From Psammoneis japonica (taxonomy: Eukaryota): 64,000 bases of DNA. This document shows, in pieces, positions 34,901 through 54,599 of the stretch (positions within the stretch are counted from its first letter, which is position 1; every line of letters starts with the position of its first letter). The translations under genes were made by a program, and so were the position numbers. A model generated the notes under the pieces. It ran no database searches. It was not told where the DNA came from and saw nothing but the letters and a program-made list of their open reading frames with translations. The DNA is taken from the NCBI GenBank assembly GCA_008632985.1, contig QPGO01000078.1, positions 1-64,000 of the forward strand. Reading direction: 5' to 3'.

Positions 34901-37900
34901 ATCTTTTTTCTCCTCGACAAAATACATGACGGGCTTGATTCGGTTGACTTGTCGACTATTGTGTACAACCCCTTCCTTTTGACTACGGATCCGGAGGGGC
35001 CTGCTCAGAATGCGACACCCCCATTCCTGCGACCTGGAAATGTCTTGAGTGGACGCCTTGGGGCTGGTGAGACATTGGCACTTGCTCAAAACTCGACCTA
35101 CTTTGCTGTCGGGTCCCTGATTATCGAAGGAACGCTTATTCTGGAAGCTGGCGTTGTGCTCAAAATGGACCCTGGGGCCAGCTTGTCCGTCTTTGGTGAG
35201 CTGCAAGCTGTAGGCAATGAGACTCATCCAATCGTAGTCACCCGAAGAGTAGAAAGTGAAGCTTGGGGGCAGATTAAGGTGCTTGATAGTTTAAACGCCA
35301 CTCAGTTTCAGATGAGCCACGTTCATATTGTGGGCGCCGGTCTTGACTCGATCGCAGCGCTGGAAACGGAAAGATTCACATCACTGAATGGCGTAAGGAT
35401 CGCAGATTGTGATGGTGGAGCGGTGCGAGCTACTGGTCCCTTTGTAGCAAATGAGTTTGCCTTTGAAGACAACGCAGGGCAAAGAAACGTGCATCTCTCC
35501 AACCAGGTCGACGCCAGGCTGACGAATGGGTTGCTTTCAAGTCCTTCAACGTATCAGCTCTATGCTGATACCCGTTTATCATTGGAGCTCCAAGACGTCG
35601 AAATCCTCCCGAAAAGCACGTTCTCGTACGGATTATATCTGTCAAGTGTGACTTACGTGAACCTCTTGAGTGTTTACTACAATGCGTCACTTGTTCCAGG
35701 TGTTACCCGTAGCGCCATCTACCTTAATTCGCCATCATATCTGACTCGATTCAATATGACGAATTGCGTCCTCGATGTGGAAGACGTAACTTCATACGAC
35801 ATGGCTGTTTATATCAGAGGACGCTTTTCTTCCAATGTCAGTTTGGCCAGCAGCTCCATCACCGCAGGTACTGCGCAGTGGCTTGTGTAAGTCGATGTTT
35901 CGAAAAAGTTTGTTGAATGGACGTACTCTATTATTTCTCACTATTGTCCATTTACTACAGATATGCAAGTTTTACTGGCGACTTTACCATGCAAGACATG
36001 GAGCTTGCGGGAAGCTACCTGAGAGATGGTGTATTGTACGTAAATGTCTACAGGAATGCGCTGATCCAAGGCAATCGAGTTCGAGACAGCGAGTGCAGCA
36101 CCGACAACTGTTTCCACATCCGAAGTGACTTCTACACACAACCAAACAGTGCTATCCTCTATAGCAATTTCATAAGTGGGACCAAGGTTGGAGGAGATAA
36201 AAGCATCTTCGCCGTTGGCTCTAATGTGCCTGTTGTCTTTGAAAACAAGATTGGTACGAACTGCACGGGTTATGGCGCATTTGACTTGCTCAATGTGCCC
36301 TCAGTTGTGAACCTGACGAGAAACATCGTCGAGTCCGCCACTTTTCAATTCCTGATGGTTACGTCTACATTAGAGACGAACGTTGAGAATGGGATCCACC
36401 GGATTGGGCCCAATTATTGGGGAGTCGTTGATGTCGAAGTACTGCGACAGAAAACATTCGATGGCCTCGACGACTTTTCATTGGCTGTTATAGAGTACTC
36501 CGGAATTTTCATCGACGACGCTTTAGAGATTTTTCTAGCGGCTCCACCGGCTGGGTCAATCCTCGATGTTGGTACCAAAAGGATCAGTGGAGCAATCACA
36601 GAAGCTGTGACTCTGGTTGTGCCTGCTGGTCTCTATTATGCAGAAGAGTCTATCGTTGTACAACATCCTGATGCACTTCTTGTGTTGGAGGCCGGCGTTG
36701 TAATCATGTTTGCCGAAAATGCCGGTATCCGTGTGAGAGAAGGCACCCTAAAAATCCTGGGAACTGAAGGTGACCCTGTTCAGCTGGTTCCAACGGATGA
36801 GAAAGCAACCGAGTATGGTGATGAGAGCGTCGTGGAGACAGACAGTTGGGGAGGAGTGTGGTTTGCCCCTGATTCCAATAGCACAGAGTTCTTTGATTCT
36901 GTTTACCTCGATGGCTCTGTCATCGAGAATTGCGAAATCATCAAGGCTGGAATGTTCCAATCCCGAGCCATCTACTTTGACGGTGCCAGTGTGCTGCTGG
37001 AGAATGTTTCCGTACGACAATCAAGGGGAACCGGGATATACTTGTTTTCCCCGCAGTCATCAGTTCTCTTTCGAGATGTGGAGGTATCGCAGTCGAGCAG
37101 CCTTGGAATTTACATAGAAAGGGCCACTGCCACAATATCAGGAATTCGCCTCAATGTCTCAGACAACACCGCCTCTGGCCTTTATCTGAATATCCATGGT
37201 GACGTTCAGATTACAGACTCCATCTTTCGCCGCAACCAGCGGTCCTCCACCAGCGGGCGACAGGTACGATCAACTCAAGGCGAAGGTTATCTTAACATCA
37301 CTCAAAGCGAGTTTGCAGATGCATCGGGTTACGGCATGCACGTTTCCAGTAGCCAGTTTCCCGGGCTTTCTGTAAACGTAGAAAGCGCCAGCTTTACTGG
37401 ACTCCACCGTCCTTTGTTTGTTTCTGCCAGTAGATTTGCCAACGATGTCATCTTGGTTCGACTATGGTGAGTTCTGTGAAACGACAAGAGCTTTGTCTGG
37501 AGCCGTGATGGAAGTGAGTCTCATATTTACCTTGGTATTGTGACAGCTCTTTTGTCTCCAATGTTTGCGGGTCCAGTGCATGCCGTTCGATTGACCTGTC
37601 ATCCTATCAAAGAATCAGTTTCCAGGCCAACAGGATTGAAAATGCAGTTTCGAGTACAATCGTTCGTCTTTTTTCTCCATACTCATCGTTCTACAACTCC
37701 GTTGGGACAACGGTGTCATTCGAAGGAAATATACTGAGATCAAATCTGGCAGCCTCCAGCTCTTCCGGTGACTTCGCAGTTTTGCTGATTGGAAGCTCTG
37801 GTCCTGCCACCTATGACCTAATTGGAAATGAATTTTCCAATCCGGCCTCCCAGTTCTTTATTTCGTCCAGTGCTTATACCGGCTCTAATCCTTCGGAAAT

Positions 37901-40900
37901 GGTCGTCAACGCGACTAATAATCTGTTCAACTTTGGAATAGAACCAACCTCCGAAACCATTGATAATCGTATTTTTGACGATGACGAGTCGGCATCCAAG
38001 CCCAAGATTGTTTTTGAACCATTTCTTGGCTTGAATTTCACAGCCGAGTGCGGTAGCGACTGCAGTGGGCGCGGTTCCTGTGTCTTTCCTGGATACTGTA
38101 TCTGCGAACGAGGCTGGGGTGGAGACATTTGCTCTTTCCCCACGTGTGAGAGCCTTGGCTTCTGTAGTAACCGGGGCAGTTGTGTTGACTTTGACGTTTG
38201 TGACTGCGACGAAGGCTGGCTGGGTTCAGGATGCGCAGTCGCTGACTGTTCTCAACGAAACGAGTGCTTTGAAAACGGCTTTTGCGCGGAGCCGAATGTT
38301 TGCACCTGTTTCACCGAACTCGGATATACAGGCGATGATTGTTCAGACTGCACACTCAACTTCAGGCTGATCGACGGCAGTTGTGTGGAGTGCGAAGTCT
38401 GCTTCAACGAAGGAACATGCAATGAAATAGCTGGTTGTGACTGTGTCGGAAATTTCGCAGGGATCCAGTGCCGAGAATGCAAACAAGGTTTTTTTGGACC
38501 AGCGTGCACCCCCTCGCCTTTTATCACTAGTGTTGCTCCAAACGATGCTGCTGATCTTGGCGGATTTCCTGTCCGTGTTGATGGAATTAATTTTGGTGTG
38601 TCCGGCGTCTCGCTTCAATGTATCTTTTCCGGTCTTGGCTCCTCGGGCATTGTTCCGGCAACCATCCTTTCGGATGGAGTTGTCCAGTGCACCACACCGT
38701 CTGTTGTTGTGGGAAGCTCTGGAATTCGGTCATCTTCTCTAAGGCTACGGGTGGATGGAGATCTCTCGTTTAACAGTGTCCCGTTTACATTCTATGGACA
38801 GTGCCCTGAGGGGAGCTGTGTGAAAGGATTTTGCTCGTTTGGTCGGTGCCAGTGCCTCTACGGATTTGGTGGTGAAGCTTGCGATGTCGCCCTTGTAGCT
38901 CCAGCTGTGGAATCCCCAGACGTTTTTGACCTCCGCGAAGCTCAGTCCTTCGAGTACCAGTTTGTGCTCCTGGAAGGAACGACTCCCGTTGAATGGTCAA
39001 TTGTAGGCGGGTCCAAACCGGAGGGAATGACAATTGACAGCGCGACTGGGTTTCTGTCTTGGTTGTCACCGGTAACTAATTCCAATACAATCGCAGTACG
39101 TGTTCAGGCCCAGAATATTTTTGACCGAGTAGTGGTAGAGCTTTTCTTGCGCGTTTCGCCATCCTACATTGTCCAAGTCGAAACTTCGACTGTGAGCCGT
39201 CGCCGACCGGCTAGCAGGTTTCCTTTCAGCATTGAAACGGTGGACATTGACACTCTACAACCTGTCGGCGACAAGCTTGCGGATCTATGGATAAAACCAC
39301 AGGCTTCGACACTACGGCGGAAACTCACAGTTCGCACTGATTCGTCCGGAAAATTCTCCCGTTCCTACCAACCGTATGGATCAGGTAAGAGCCACGTCGC
39401 AAATGCTGTTCTTTAGTGCATTCTCTAGGGGATGTCCTCTCATCTCGATGTTTCAGATGTAGGATATTATGATTACGGAGGGGAGCATCCAGATTTCGAT
39501 AACATGACAGCACAGGGTACCTTTGCTATTCGAGGCATTGATGTATCCCCTAGGAATTACTTGCTCAAAGGGATATCTGGAGAGGCGAAAACTGAGCAAG
39601 ACGTATTCGCGTTTTCTTTTTATGGTGGCGAGTTCTCCGGTTTGGTTCTTGAAGTCGAGGGCGATGAGGGAATTTCGGTTCAGACAAATCTCACTCAATC
39701 AGGCCCTGCAGGGTCAATGTCGCTGCGTGTGCAATCGGAGGAAGCCATTGCAAGGCAACTCGTTTTCACCCTCCGGTCGAGTGAGGGTGATATTACCAAT
39801 TTCTTTGCCTTTGTGGACATCCGCGACCGAACGCCGAAACTCCAGATCACGTCGTCGCCTTCCATCGACATCAATGTTGCGCGTAATGGCCAAGCGCGCT
39901 ATATTGATGTCGTGCTCAAGAACATCGGGAGTCGTGATAGTGGCGCCATCGAAGTGGACATTCCTCCGCAACCCGTTCTGAGCTCCGTTTCGGGAACCAC
40001 ACTTGCGGGATTAGATGTGGACGAGAGTCGCAAGGTCTCCCTCAAAGCCGCAGCAAGTCCGGAAATGGAACTTGGCACAAGTTACTTTGGAACCTTGGTT
40101 TTCAAGACTGAAGGTTCCACAAATGTTGTGCTGAATTACAGGTACGTTAGACATGTGCAAGATTTGCTGAAGTCCACATTATCTGTGCCTTATCCGTCTT
40201 TCTTCTCAAAGAGTAACTGTTGTTAGCACGGTGCCCGCATCCTTGACGGTAATCACGGAAAACGAAGCCACTTACTTCGACCCCGAAATACCGAATCTCG
40301 CCGACGTGGACGTTCGTGTGCGGAGCTTGACCGTCGGTACCTCCATTTCTCTTTCCAGTGGACCAAACGGAATTGTCATCTTCCCTGACTTGGTGGAAGA
40401 CGTTTACGAAGTTGTTGCGCAGAAGTTGAAACATGCTCCATTTAAAACGAATGTTTTCCTGCAAGCTCCAGGCCAGACGCTTCGGGCCTTCCTACAGGCC
40501 CAAACCGTCTCTTACACGTTCACCGTAATTGAGGTTGACATCATCGATAGCTACATCGTTGAGGTAGAATCGACCTTTGAGACTTTTGTCCCAGCCCCAA
40601 TTGTTATTTGGGACCCAGCACGAGCAGATTGGGAGGGGATTGAAAACGGACTCGTTGCCGAGTTCCAGTTAACCGGCACAAACATTGGGCTTATTGAAGC
40701 AGAAAATGTGACCCTTCAGTGGCCTAAGTTCTGGAGAGATGTCGAATTTGTCTTTCCAGAGGACTTGCAGATCAACGAGGACGGGTCGTTTGAGTTGGGC
40801 AATCTCCCCGCCAACTCGAGTATAGCGATTCCTGTTCAGGTCGTTCCGTTGCCTAGTTTCCAAGTGCCCGATGACAGATATTTGCGCCGCTTTGAACGGG

Positions 40901-43900
40901 GAGGAATTTTATTCTTGCCGCCCAGCGATGAATCTTGGGACGCAGAGCCGGGCCCAAGCTACATTGTCATACCCGATGAAAACCCCGAGGATCGCGTGTT
41001 TGTTCAGTGGAATCTCAACCGGACAATTGACTACTACTACGTCTACTTGACGCAAACTCTCTACACGTTGGTGTATCAAGGTGATACACCCGTTGACACC
41101 ATCATCACATACAATGCCACCTTGCCAAATGAAGACCGCCGTTTGATGGACACTTTCAAAGGTCTGGAAACATCGCACGAGCATAGACGTGAGCTTCAGT
41201 GCGGACTATTCCAAGCTTGGACGGGCTTTCAGACGGCAATGTGTGCGTTTTGCGGGGCTGGCGTTGGTTTTGCAGTGGCTCCTATTCCTTGTGCTGTTCT
41301 TCAAGGTCTTTGCACCGGCGCCACTATTGCAAACTGTAAGCCAAACGTCCATGTTTTGACAAATCTTTGACGTGAAACGCTTCTGTTGTTCAAAGGTCAT
41401 GCTCACCGTTGTCCTTGTCCTTACCACAGTGGCGACGGCCGCAGCTGCATTGTTCTTTTACTCTTGCGGTGGGCCTAGAGTGAGTGGCCACGATTTTGGG
41501 AACCCCGGAGGTAAGCACTATAGACGACGTCCAATGTAGTTCTGTACCTGCCGTTCAATTCAAGGAGCACATCTAATATCGTTTCTGCTTTGCCAGACGA
41601 TTTCACCCCCTTTGGGTCCTTTGAGACACCGGACGACTGTGGTGGAGGCGGCGGTGGAGGCGGTGGTGGAGGGGGTGGTGGTGGTTCTGGGGGTGGGGTG
41701 GTGCAACGTAGTGGCAACGGCTGTGGCAGGGGTGGGCGCCGTCGGAGACAGCTACACGCACTCAACGAGAACGTTACCATTTATTCTTCCGATCGCTACC
41801 TCGAGAGCGAGTGCCCGGTTTGCTCGGAAGAAAACTTGAAAATAGTATTCACCCAAGTTCTCGATAGAGAGCTTGTACTTCTCAAAGCGGAATCCTCATT
41901 TGATGTCTGTGTCGACCAAGCGCTGTCTACCAGTGGCATCCGAAGCTTGTTTCCTTGTATCTTCAGAAACGTGCTTGAAATCATTGATCTTGTGCCCTTG
42001 TTGTCACAAGTGGTGACGTGCGAATTGAACAGTGCTGACTGTTACGGAAATCTTAGTCAACGACCCGGTCAAAGGAATCTCTTGATCCAAGCGGGTCGAA
42101 TGAAGTCGTTTGTAGAGCTTGCGCTGCTTCCTTTTGGCGGCAGTGTTGTTGGTGATCCTTTCGTCAATGCTACTGCTCAAATCAATCTGACACAAATTAA
42201 AGAATTCGACGACACATTAACAAGTGTCTTGAGCGACAGCAGCGAAAATGCAGAAGCCATCTCTGCGTCAGAGCTCGGAGCCTTGCTCGACATCAGAATA
42301 CCATATCCGAGCGAAGCAGACATTGGCAGCTTTACCAACACCTGGAACCGAAGCTTGGCTTTGTGGGAAGCGGGCGTGTTTAGCTCCAATGAAACAGAAG
42401 GATTTTTTGATCTGGTGTCGCCAGCAGATTTGATCAATGCTTTCAAGGCCAACCGAGCCTCTGTGAAACGTGAAGGCTTTTCTGGATTTGGTGAAGCTTG
42501 GACGAGTGCTGTCGAGGGCCAGCAATTCGAAGAAGCAAGGATATTGGCCGGTGTTTGTGCCAATGTTCGCGTCCGCATTCAACAAGAGTTGACATTGACA
42601 AGAACGGGCTTTGAGGCGCGCCTGGAAATCTCCAACGATGGCTCGGTGCCATTGGAGGATCTGTCTGTCGTTCTTCGTGTGAGTCCGTACGACAATTTTG
42701 AGCAGGACAGCACGGACCTCTTTGTGTTTGATGAGCCACAGCTCTTTCAAGTGACGAGCATCGATGGAACGGGCACCATTGAAGCTCAAACGTCCGCTCA
42801 GGCTACGTGGCTTATCATACCCTTGACGGAGGCGGCACCGCAGCTGCCAACTCCATACGATGTTAGTGGTCTCCTGGTTTACACAATTGAGGGTGTAGAG
42901 TACATTCAGAATTTGGCTCCCGATACTATAACCGTTCGCCCCGATCCCCAACTGTATCTGACGTACTTTTGGTCGAGAGTTGCATACGCGGACGACCCAT
43001 TCACTTCCGATATAATCGAACCGTCCATACCGTTCCAGCTCGCCGTACTGATTGAGAATCAAGGGTTTGGAGATGCCCGTCGTGTCCAGATTGCGTCGTC
43101 TCAACCCGAGATTATAGAAAATGAAAAAGGACTGCTCGTCAACTTTACAATTGTCGGCTCTAGACTCGGTAACGAACCAACCTCCAACACGCTCAATGTG
43201 GAGTTTGGAAACGTCCCGGCACGATCAAATGCCATTGGAGTTTGGGATATCGTTTCGACGCTCAAGGGGACATTCTCCAATTTCTCGGCGACCTTTCGAT
43301 ATAATGGTCCGGTTGATGATGAAAGGCTGTCCTTGATTGAATCTGTTAGAATCTTTGAGTTGGCACACCTTGTGCGTGTTACAGGGGATCATCCTGCAAT
43401 GCCAAACAGTCTGGGTTATGTCGATGATGGGCTGAATGATTTCTTGTGCAACCAGTTTCCAGACGCTTTCTTTTTACCGGATACTGTGTTTACGTCGGAC
43501 AATCGAGAAAGCAACTACTCCGTGTCACGAATTGTGGATGTGGGCATGACGGAGGCCCCTGTGTATGACATGGATGAAGGGACGGTTACGGTGTTGGTGC
43601 ATCACAACTTGTCCAATACGGATCGAGCTTTGTTGTTCGATTGGGTCTATACTCGCTTCGACGATCCCATGGGAGGAACGGACTACATTTTGCAGTCAGC
43701 CACACGGACCGATGTGGATTATACGCTTATACCGAAGGAAAACTCGTGGCAAACGTCGTGGACGGACCGCTTAATTGGAGATGTTATTGATCGGCGAGAC
43801 CATATTCACTTGTTTGATTATGGAGTTGCGCCGACGTATCGCCTTGTCTACTCAAAACAGGAGCCCGTGTCTAATCTACGCGTGACTGCAAATACCAACA

Positions 43901-46842
43901 CCTCAGTTTCGATTGCATGGGACCCAGCTGCCGGAGCAAGTGCTTGTTACATTGTGATGAAACGCTTGGGTGCCAGGAGCCTTTACCCTGTGGCCGAGTT
44001 TGTGCAAGTCGAGTCCTACACTCTAAACGATCTCACGCCTGGCACCGAGTTTGAGATTAGGGTTTTCACTGGGGATAGGGGTAACTGGGAAAAGACTGGG
44101 AAGGCTGTCATTGGAGCAACAACGGGAATATCGTTGTGTGGAAATCGTGTCCTTGATCCCTTTGAGGAATGTGACGACGGACCCTTGCCAGACACAAATT
44201 GCACGAACTCTTGCGTGTTCCTGGCCGACACGACCGAAGCGCCTTCCTTAATGCCATCCGTCAGCCCGTCAGAGTCCTTGAATCCCTCTCTGAGTACGAG
44301 ACCGTCCAGCTCGTTTTCTCCCTCAGCGTCTCTTGCCCCTTCTCAATCGCCAATTTCGAGTCCATCCCAAATGCCAAGCTCTGTGCCGTCGGGCTTCCCA
44401 TCAATCTCTAGCTATCCTTCTGCTACTCCAAGCTCTTCCGAGGCACCACCCTTGCCACCAAACGACCCTTTAACGCCTTCAACAGAACCGAGTAATGCCC
44501 CGTCGCTCCACCCTTCAGCGGAGCCCTCCTCATTTCCGACGGCTGCCTCGAATTCATCTCCTAGCGATGTGCCTTCAAAAACGCCTTCATCACAACCTAG
44601 TAAAATCCCGTCGCTCACTCCGTCGGTTATCCCGAGCTTGTCTCCATCTGCAGTCCTGAGTTTGGTTCCAAGTGATGTACCATCTACAACTCCATCTTCC
44701 AGACCTAGCGACGTGCCGCTCTTGATGCCATCAACGGTTCCATCTACTACACCTTCTTCACTTCCGAGTTCGGCTCCTAGTGATTTGCCATCTGCATCGC
44801 CATCATCTCAGCTCGACGGTGTTCGGCCCTTGTCCTCAACCGTTCCATCGACTACACCGAGTGCGGCTCCTAGTGACGTACCATCTACAACTCCATCATC
44901 TCTGCCCAACGGTGTACTGTCCTTGACGCCCTCAACCGTTCCATCGACTAAACCGAGTGCGGCTCCTAGTGACGTACCATCTACAACTCCATCATTTCAG
45001 CCCAGCGGTGTGCCGTCCTTGACGCCCTCCACCGTTCCATCGACTATACCGAGTGCGGCTCCTAGTGACGTACCATCTACAGCTCCATCATCTCAGCCCA
45101 ACGTTGTGCCGTCCTTGACGCCCTCCACCGTTCCATCGACTACACCGAGTGCGGCTCCTAGTGACGTACCATCTACAGCTCCGTCATCTCAGCCCAGCGG
45201 TGTACTGTCCTTGACGCCCTCCACCGTTCCATCGACTACACCGAGTGCGGCTCCTAGTGACGTACCATCTACAACTCCATCATTTCAGCCCAGCGGTGTG
45301 CCGTCCTTGACGCCCTCCACCGTTCCATTGACTGCATCGAGTGCGGCTCCTAGCGACGTACCATCTACAGCTCCATCATCTCAGCCCAACGATGTGCCGC
45401 CCTTGATGCCCTCCACCGTTCCATCGAATTCACCGAGTGCGGCTCCTAGTGACGTACCATCTACAACTCCATCATCTCTGCCCAACGGTGTACTGTCCTT
45501 GACGCCCTCAACCGTTCCATCGACTAAACCGAGTGCGGCTCCTAGTGACGTCCCATCTGCAACTCCATCATTTCAGCCCAACGGTGTGCCGCCCTTGATG
45601 CCCTCCACCGTTCCATCGACTACACCGAGTGCGGCTCCTAATGACGTACCATCTACAGCTCCATCATCTCAGCCCAGCGATGTGCTCTCCTTGACGCCCT
45701 CAACCGTTCCATCGACTACACTTTCGACAGTTCCGAGTGAGGCTCCTAGTGCGGTGCCTACGACAATCTCTTTCTCTGAAACGAGTGATGTCCCGTCTTT
45801 TACTCCTTCAACGGCGCCCTCTGCAACTCCTTCTGCAGTTCCAAGTTCGGCTCCAAGTGATGTACCTTTGAAAACACCGTCAGTAGAATCGAGTGACATC
45901 CCGTCTCTCACCCCATCGACTGTGCCCTCGACCACCCCGTCAGCTGTACCGAGTTCGTCTCGTGATATACTTTCACGAACACCATCTTCCGAACCCAATG
46001 ATCTCCCATCGATTAGACCGTCAGGGGCACCCTCAATCACCCCTTCTGTTGCACCAAGTGATTCTATCATTGAACCGTCGCCTCCCAAGAATCCAGCGGT
46101 GGAAATAACCACCGTTATTATCGGAGGTGGTGGTGGGGTAGAATCTGTCGGAGACGAACTGATATTTGAGTATGTCGTGTTCAACTCGGGTGATGTCCCT
46201 TTGACCGACATTTCCGTCACAGATTTAGCCGCCGGTGTCAATCCTGGCACCACAGACGTCAGGAGTGGCGACGCCTCGTTGGAACCAGGCGAGACACTTG
46301 TCTATCAAGGCACTTCGATTGCCAAATCGGGTCTCCAAGAAAGCATTGGTGTTGTCACCGCCAGATATATTGACAAGGTGGTTTCCGATCAGTACCTTAA
46401 ATGGTATGTGGGCGTTCATGACGGAGAAGACGAAGGATGTAAACCAAAAACCTGGAGACAGTCGAAAAACTTTCGGTTCTGGCAGGGTTATCAACGACTC
46501 GACAAGTTTGACAATGTGTTTGGTGTCCGGGCTTTTCGACGCAAGAGCATTTTTCTTGTGATAAAGAAAAGTGGATCAAGCAGAAAGAAAGCACTTGGCC
46601 GACATGCCGTAGCTGCGCTTCTCAATGCTTCCAATCGGAATGTGTCGTACGGTATGTCAAAAGAAGATGTCATTCGTTTTGTCAAACAAGCATATGAAAC
46701 CCGAAACTACAAGGAAGCTAAATCGTTGTTGAAGCGGCTAAACAAGCGGAAGTGTCCCTCCCTGGGCAGCAATCAGGCACCCCGACCTCCTCGTGGTGAC
46801 AACTTGTTCTTTCGTCGGTCCCCACGCAATCGTGGAAACTGA
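31985..46842 (+). CDS. Giant secreted protein (~4,790 aa): signal peptide, parallel beta-helix repeats, EGF repeats, IPT/TIG, Ig-like domains, FN3, Pro/Ser/Thr repeats, DUF7507-like and C-terminal domains
   Basis: Frame-consistent GT-AG introns at 35887-35960, 37467-37546, 39385-39456, 40142-40211, 41336-41429 and 41511-41596. EGF CSGRGSC...C.C..GW.G..C. FN3 VSNLRVT...WD...YTLNDLTPGTEFEIRV. Three apparent -1 frameshifts near 32595, 32797 and 33066. Confidence 0.85.
44858..45720 (+). repeat. 96-bp coding tandem repeat (9 copies; PSAAPSDVPSTxPSxQPxGVxSLTPSTVPSTT)
   Basis: cgagtgcggctccta recurs every 96 nt, from about 44858 to 45625. Confidence 0.95.
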
Positions 46843-46959
46843 CAACAACGTATAGCGGTAGTTGAGGACGATTTCACGGTTAGAGTACACATGGGATTCC
46901 AAGTACGACGCTCAGTTTTCATGCCCTATTTCAATTTTTCGTTCTATACAATTCATAAA

Positions 46960-52700
<5,741 letters not shown>

Positions 52701-52894
52701 TTAGCGTTTAGGCCCTAGCGTTACAGGTTTCTTGCTCCGTTAGTGAATTGACTTTCCATAGAACGTATATTGGAATTTATGTGGTACTCCCACAACGTGA
52801 AAGGCCAAAGATACTCTCCTCAAGCAGAAATCACTTCTTTCGACGCCACCGCTGGGTGCTGTGCTTGCCACTGTTCTTTGAGGTTGTCGCACCC

Positions 52895-53501
52895 ATGAGA
52901 CTCGTGGTACAACGGGTCAAGTCGGCCTCTGTCACTGTAGAGGGAAATAAGGTCTCTTCGATTGGTCCTGGAATCTTGGCCTTGATTGGCCTACACGAAA
53001 ACGACACGCCAGAAGACCTTTCGTATTGCTGCAAACGTTTGTTGGGTGCAAAGCTCTGGTCAAATGAGAATGGAGGCCAGTGGAGGTACGAAAATCTAGA
53101 CGATTGATGATCTGTGGATCTTGCATGACAAGTGATGCCTGTTTTCCACAACTGTTCAACACCACTTTCTTTTTTAAACTTTTTGTCGCTGCGTCAGACA
53201 CGGTGTGAAGCAAAAGCAGTACGAACTGCTGTGTGTGAGTCAGTTCACTCTCTATGGGACATTATCAAAGAAAAATCAGCCCGACTATAAGCGTTCCATG
53301 AAGGCAATACCGGCCGAAGCTCTTTACATTGAGTTTTTGGAAATGTTGCGACAACAATACCAACCAGAAATGATTCAAGACGGTGTCTTTGGAGCCATGA
53401 TGGACGTGGAACTCGTCAATGACGGGCCGGTTACGATAATGATTGAAAGCGAACCAAAGGCGACCGGTGAAGATGAAAACGATGTAGAGAAAAGAGCTTG
53501 A
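52895..53501 (+). CDS. DTD1: D-aminoacyl-tRNA deacylase
   Basis: MRLVVQRV, LCVSQFTLYG and GVFGAMMDVELVNDGPVT motifs. Intron 53086-53197 joins the frames. Confidence 0.95.
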
Positions 53502-53709
53502 GTTTGAAGGAACCGCAAGACAGTTGAACAAGTAGTCGAGAGAACAACATTGACAACAACACAAAGTAAGCATCTAAGGGTTAATTTCTTAGGATTGAGC
53601 AAGAAAGGACGACAGTATGCCTCCTGCTCCCTTTTAACATATTCACAATTATCTTCTCTCTAGACCGGTCTGTACAACATTCATATCAACAAAAAGAATT
53701 TTCTCGCGC

Positions 53710-54344
53710 CTATTCTTTTTTCGGAGGAGCTCCAGCAGTTTCCATTTCATCAATCACTTTAATCATTTTGTCCACGTGCTTCCTCACCAATTCAGGGTTA
53801 AACTGTGCAGGATCGCTATTCTTCGTATTATCTCGAAGCATAAAACGACCAATAAGGCTTTCCCGAGAAACAGACAACCAATGTTTCTTGCTGACGGAAT
53901 CGTAGCTGGTCCTGATTGCGAGAAACAAAGAAAAAATAGCAGAAGCACAACCATGTCGAATGTGAGATAATATTTTTGGGTAAAGAAAGTGCCTGATACA
54001 CTCTATACCATCCAAATAACGTACCAGATTCGACCGGGGTCACTATCTTCGTCTTGTCGGGGAGGAAACTGAAGCACAAAAGTTCCGTTTGCCCTCAATT
54101 TGAGTCCACCGTCGAGACCATGACGAACTACCCAGTCATGTCGGGACTCTTGCAGGTACTCCAAAACAACCTTTGAGAGGTGATGAACATAGACCGGGTA
54201 GACACCCCTGTTGTTGTCAACTTCGGCAGCATCGTTGGAGCTGAATTGTCGTTGTTGCAAAGTAGGTTGCTGCGACGACGCACATGGAGGGACCAAGCGA
54301 CGCAACGCAGGACCACGTGCTCCTCTTGACAGAATAAGGGACAT
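53710..54344 (-). CDS. Hypothetical protein, probably mitochondrial
   Basis: Arg-rich presequence ending RQFSS. Intron 53912-54024 (GT-AG) gives GRIW-TSYD. Confidence 0.75.
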
Positions 54345-54599
54345 GTTACGGGCGAATCAACGAGTACAAACAACGATATTTGGTGGACGGAACTTTCTTC
54401 TTTTCCTTTTGCCGCTTTTGTTCTCGCAGCAATGTTGAACAAGCATCAACGCTCGTCCAAAACGAGAAAGTTTGATGAGTGAGAATGATGTCAGAAAAAT
54501 GAGGGTGACGTGATGGATGTAATTAACATTGGAAAGCTACAGATGTGAATGTGCATTATGATCGGGGAGAATTCCGGAATGTTATTCCTGCGGGGTGCG

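Noticed and set aside
42268..43104. 278-aa minus-strand ORF inside the giant gene
   Set aside because: Antisense shadow with no recognisable motifs.
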